From positions 54,713 to 74,712 of IMG/VR virus record IMGVR_UViG_3300012271_000008: 20,000 nucleotides of DNA, one strand, 5' to 3'. The translations under genes and the position numbers were made by a program. Source of the stretch: an uncultured virus (IMG/VR IMGVR_UViG_3300012271_000008) (taxonomy: Duplodnaviria; Heunggongvirae; Uroviricota; Caudoviricetes). The notes under the pieces are model-generated. The model was not told the DNA's origin. It saw only the letters and a program-made list of their open reading frames with translations, and did not search any database. Positions 16,323 through 20,000 of the stretch are shown in pieces (the first letter of the stretch is position 1; every line of letters begins with the position of its first letter).

Positions 16323-17178
16323 TGCATTAATTAGAATAATAAATGATGATATGTGTTGTGATGGATTAAGAAGAACTAGAGAATTTATTCATCCAAATTT
16401 AAAAAAAATAATTATAACATCAAGTGCTTATACTTTTAAAGAAAAGTATCTTAAATTTTATGAAGACATTATTAAAGAATTATTTCCAGAAGGAGTAGAA
16501 TATTTTAATGATAAACTTAAAGTTAAACATAAATTAAGAGTTGAAATAGATTTAGAAATTATACCATTTTGTTTAATAAACATAATTTGGGCTATTTTTA
16601 GAATACCTTTTTATTGCATTGGAAGTTGTCATTATAAAGAATTTCTTAAATTAGATGATTCTATTAATTTGTGGGATAAACTTTTTATTTCTAATTCTTT
16701 TTTTAGAAGAACTGGTTATGATCTTTTTAGTACTTCTTTTATAAATTATATTAATTTTAAAGATTATATAAGTACAGTTAAAAAGAAAAATAAAGCTTTT
16801 TTAACTAAATTAAATACTCCTTATCAAAAGTTTAGAAGAAATTTATTTGAATCTGTGGACTTTGCTCCTAATGTAATACTTGATGTAAAACCAGAAAATA
16901 TCATTAAATTTTCTACTATAGATAATGTAAAAAGTTTTAAGGTTACATATAGAATATTTAGTGCAGATCATTCAGAAATAACATTTAAAAAGAAATATTG
17001 TCGTAGTTGCACACCACAAAATTGTGGAGGATGTTCTTATGACGAACAAATTTTAACTATAAAAGAAACTCAACAAATAGCTACAAATGAAGAAATTGAA
17101 AATTTTTTAAAAACATTACCATTAAACAGAGTTAATCAAGATATTAAAAATTTAATAATTAAAACTTACAAGAAATAA
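16288..17178 (+). CDS. hypothetical protein with Cys cluster (CRSCTPQNCGGC)
   Basis: 296-aa ORF immediately upstream of the COOH-NH2 ligase. Confidence 0.7.
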   Translation: MKTLAEIYDKDNALIRIINDDMCCDGLRRTREFIHPNLKKIIITSSAYTFKEKYLKFYEDIIKELFPEGVEYFNDKLKVKHKLRVEIDLEIIPFCLINIIWAIFRIPFYCIGSCHYKEFLKLDDSINLWDKLFISNSFFRRTGYDLFSTSFINYINFKDYISTVKKKNKAFLTKLNTPYQKFRRNLFESVDFAPNVILDVKPENIIKFSTIDNVKSFKVTYRIFSADHSEITFKKKYCRSCTPQNCGGCSYDEQILTIKETQQIATNEEIENFLKTLPLNRVNQDIKNLIIKTYKK

Positions 17179-17179
17179 T

Positions 17180-17914
17180 ATGAAAAAACACAATTTTACT
17201 ATAGGAACAGATCCAGAATTTTTCCTTAAAAACACAAGCAACGGCAATTTTGTACCAGCATCAGCATTCTTTTTAGAACATAATAAGGATAATCCAAAGA
17301 AATTTGGTAATGGCTTTGGAGTACTAAGAGATAATGTAATGGTTGAATTTAATATTCCTCCTTCAGATTGCAAAGAAGATTTTATTGCAAACATTTATCA
17401 AGGATTAGATTTAATAAGAAGAAGTGTACCAGAAAACATAGATTTTTCTTTTCAAGCTTCTGCTGAATTTTCAAGTGAAGATTTAAAGAATTTTGAAGGA
17501 GGTTATGAATTTGGTTGTTCTGAATATTTTAATGTTTATGATCTAGTAATTAAGAATCCTAAAAAAACTAATACAAGATTTGCAGGAGGACATATTCACG
17601 TTGGAATGCCAACTAAAATGACAGAAGATGATTTAGAAAGAGTAATTAAAATATTTGATTACAATTTAGCTGTACCATCTTTTGAATTAGATGATGATGA
17701 ATTAAGAAGAGAATACTATGGTACTCCAGGTTGTTTTAGAATAACACCTTATGGATTTGAATATAGAAGTTTGTCTAATTTTTGGTTAGCAAGTGACGAA
17801 TTAATATCTTGGGCATACGACCAAGTAGAATTAAGCATAGAACAGTTTTATGATGGAATAATAATTTCTGCAGAGCAAGTTTTACAATCAATAGAATTAA
17901 AAGAACAAGTGTAA
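17180..17914 (+). CDS. phiEco32-like COOH-NH2 ligase type 2 (glutamine synthetase/GCS fold)
   Basis: IGTDPEFFL, DNVMVEFNIPP, RFAGGHIHVG, RREYYGTPGCFRITPYGFEYRSLSNFWL. Confidence 0.9.
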   Translation: MKKHNFTIGTDPEFFLKNTSNGNFVPASAFFLEHNKDNPKKFGNGFGVLRDNVMVEFNIPPSDCKEDFIANIYQGLDLIRRSVPENIDFSFQASAEFSSEDLKNFEGGYEFGCSEYFNVYDLVIKNPKKTNTRFAGGHIHVGMPTKMTEDDLERVIKIFDYNLAVPSFELDDDELRREYYGTPGCFRITPYGFEYRSLSNFWLASDELISWAYDQVELSIEQFYDGIIISAEQVLQSIELKEQV

Positions 17915-18267
17915 TGGATAAAATTAAACAAAATAATAAATTAATTGCTATATTTTTTTTAAAAACATTAGATAATGTGTATTATAGATTACCTATTAGT
18001 ATTATAAGACATACTAGTTATGGATTTGTAAATTTAGGAAATGAACACAAATTAAAATTTAATACTTCTTGGGATTGGTTGATGCCATTGTTAGGTAAAA
18101 TAGAAAGCTTAAATTACAAAATTACTATTAGTTCAGATTGTACTACTATTTCTAATAAAAGTACAATAATAATTGAAGCTCAACATAAAGGAGATGACAA
18201 ACTTAACAACACTTATAAATCAGTGTTACAATTTATTAATAAATATAATAAGAAAAATAAAATATGA
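17914..18267 (+). CDS. hypothetical protein (SWDWLMP motif)
   Basis: NNKLIA..LKFNTSWDWLMP..KIESL; coupled to neighbours on both sides. Confidence 0.75.
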   Translation: MDKIKQNNKLIAIFFLKTLDNVYYRLPISIIRHTSYGFVNLGNEHKLKFNTSWDWLMPLLGKIESLNYKITISSDCTTISNKSTIIIEAQHKGDDKLNNTYKSVLQFINKYNKKNKI

Positions 18268-18635
18268 AAGTAGCAGTTTACGGAACATTAAGAGAAGGTT
18301 ATAATAATAACGGAGTTTTAGGAGAGTCAGTTAAAATAGGATTAGGTTGGACTAAAGATAAATATCAAATGTCAGCAAATGGAATTCCGTTTGTACATCC
18401 TAATATAGAACTATCACCTATTAGAGTTGAAGTGTATGAAGTTACACCAGCACAAATGCCTATGGTAGATAGATTAGAAAGTTATAATCCCCAAGATCAC
18501 GATGGTTCTTGGTATAAGAGAGTTCCAACAGAAATTACTTTAGATGATGGAGAAGATATAGAAGCTTCTGTATATTTTAATGAAGATGAAGGAGTAGAAA
18601 TTATCAAAACAGGAAATTATGCGGACTACAGATAA
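18264..18635 (+). CDS. gamma-glutamylcyclotransferase (GGCT/AIG2-like)
   Basis: N-terminal VAVYGTLREG, EVYEV, VDRLE (catalytic Glu), YKR. Confidence 0.9.
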   Translation: MKVAVYGTLREGYNNNGVLGESVKIGLGWTKDKYQMSANGIPFVHPNIELSPIRVEVYEVTPAQMPMVDRLESYNPQDHDGSWYKRVPTEITLDDGEDIEASVYFNEDEGVEIIKTGNYADYR

Positions 18636-19443
18636 AAAAATAAAGAAAAAAACCTTATTACATGTTAGGACAAGACATCCTTCTCATGGTATATTAAGAA
18701 GAAATCCATTATTAAGAACATTTGGTAAAAGAATTCTATTACGTTTAGGAAGTATAACTCAATTAAATGGCATTAGACCTTATAATTTAGAAATAAATTC
18801 AGTAGATGGTATTAAGAATAGCTCTGATAAGCTTAAAATGAAGAAATGCTTTGATTTAGCTAAAGTATCTCATTGTTTTTGGTATAGATTTGATTTAACT
18901 TCTAAAACTTTTTTAAAAAATGGAGTATTAAATGATGATAAAAAAACATTAAATGATATGTTTTTTCCTATCATAGCTAAAGGACGTTTTGGATCAAGAG
19001 GTAATGCTAATACAAAAATAGATAACATAGAAGAATTCAATACTTGGTTAAATGGTAAAGATTTATCTAGATATTTATTTGAATTATATTTTAATGGAGC
19101 TAGGGAGTATAGATTACACGTTAGTAAAAATGGATGTTTTTATACAAATAGAAAATTAAGAAAACAAGATGCAGAAGAAAGATGGTTTTTTAACAATTTA
19201 AATTGTGCATGGATGTTGGAAACTAACCCTTTATTTAAAAAACCAGATACTTGGGATGCAATTGTAGAAGATTGTGTAAATGCTTTAGATGCTGTTGGAT
19301 TAGATTTAGGAGCATTTGATGTTAGAACTAATAAAGAAGGAGATTGGAGAATTATTGAAGTTAATTCTGCACCTTCATTTGGTGAGATTACATCAGAAAA
19401 ATATATTCAAGAACTTAATAAAATAATACAAGAAAACAAATGA
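18619..19443 (+). CDS. ATP-grasp peptide/amide ligase (RimK- or YheC/D-like)
   Basis: DKLKMK, PIIAK, GSRG loop, REYRLHV, GLDLGAFDV, IIEVNSAPS (ExN metal motif). Confidence 0.88.
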   Translation: MRTTDKKIKKKTLLHVRTRHPSHGILRRNPLLRTFGKRILLRLGSITQLNGIRPYNLEINSVDGIKNSSDKLKMKKCFDLAKVSHCFWYRFDLTSKTFLKNGVLNDDKKTLNDMFFPIIAKGRFGSRGNANTKIDNIEEFNTWLNGKDLSRYLFELYFNGAREYRLHVSKNGCFYTNRKLRKQDAEERWFFNNLNCAWMLETNPLFKKPDTWDAIVEDCVNALDAVGLDLGAFDVRTNKEGDWRIIEVNSAPSFGEITSEKYIQELNKIIQENK

Positions 19444-20000
19444 TAATATTCATATATTTATTACTATTAATAATAAGTTATGCCATAGGTATAGCAAATA
19501 ATAAAATCAATTTTAATACACTTTATTGTGGATTAATTGGTTATTGTGGAGAAGTTACACCTGATAAAAATGCTTTAAAAATATTAGGAATTATGAATGA
19601 TACTAGAGGAGGAGATTCTTGTGGTATTTATTCAAATAAAGAAGTATTTTATGGAGTTTATAATAATTCTTATTTTAAAGACTTTTTTGTTGATAAACCT
19701 TTTCCTACTATAAGTAAAGAAGATTTTACTTGTATAATGCACGCAAGAAAATCAAGTGTAGGTTGGCAAAAAACTTCTGCAAATGCTCATCCTTTTCTAT
19801 TAAAAAATCAAGAAGGTGAAGCTGGTTTTGTAGGTGCTCATAATGGTACTTTAAGAAATTGGATACAATTATGTAAAGACAGAAACATTAGTATTATTAA
19901 TATTGATGTAGATTCACATGGATTACTTGCTTGTTTATATAAAGACAAAACTTTTAAAGTTTTAAGTGAGTATGAAGGAGGTGCAGCTTTATTATTTAAA
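19440..20000 (+). CDS. class II (Ntn) glutamine amidotransferase with a 29-aa hydrophobic leader; 3'-truncated by the window; not in ORF track
   Basis: Manual translation from ATG 19440 (ATGA overlap): MIIFIYLLLLIISYAIGIANNKINFNTLY-CGLIG...RGGDSCG...HARKSSVG..NAHPF..AHNGTL..DVDSH. Confidence 0.9.
   Translation, partial: MIIFIYLLLLIISYAIGIANNKINFNTLYCGLIGYCGEVTPDKNALKILGIMNDTRGGDSCGIYSNKEVFYGVYNNSYFKDFFVDKPFPTISKEDFTCIMHARKSSVGWQKTSANAHPFLLKNQEGEAGFVGAHNGTLRNWIQLCKDRNISIINIDVDSHGLLACLYKDKTFKVLSEYEGGAALLFK

Noticed and set aside
17152..17394. Minus-strand 80-aa ORF
   Set aside because: Antisense to the well-supported COOH-NH2 ligase
1..20000. Stop-codon reassignment, as in some Bacteroidota phages
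   Set aside because: Long genes are intact in code 11, and TAG (2847, 12800), TGA (14055, 19443) and TAA all end genes at tight junctions

Overview
A very AT-rich, gene-dense, single-strand (+) segment of a dsDNA tailed phage, probably infecting Bacteroidota. Host evidence: A-rich translation starts without Shine-Dalgarno motifs and a TTTG-N20-TAnnTTTG promoter. The standard genetic code is used. The window holds a replication module: family A DNA polymerase, DnaB-like helicase, TOPRIM primase, an SSB-like protein and a RecT/Red-beta-like annealing protein. It also holds an SLT-type muramidase, several paralogous small genes, and a phiEco32-type glutamate/amide-ligase toolkit. That toolkit comprises two class I glutamine amidotransferases, a COOH-NH2 ligase type 2, a gamma-glutamylcyclotransferase, an ATP-grasp ligase and a class II (Ntn) amidotransferase missed by the ORF track. 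The ORF track also misses several other features. (1) An 877-nt group I intron (13245-14121) splits the RecT-like gene and carries a NUMOD4-HNH endonuclease in P8 with its own promoter. (2) Two tRNA-like elements keep acceptor, D and T arms but have remodelled anticodon arms, and both end in G-CTA. (3) The catalytic Cys of the Ntn amidotransferase is masked by a 29-aa hydrophobic leader. (4) There is a structured intergenic RNA candidate and a possible premature or read-through stop. All calls were made by eye from motifs; no database searches were run.
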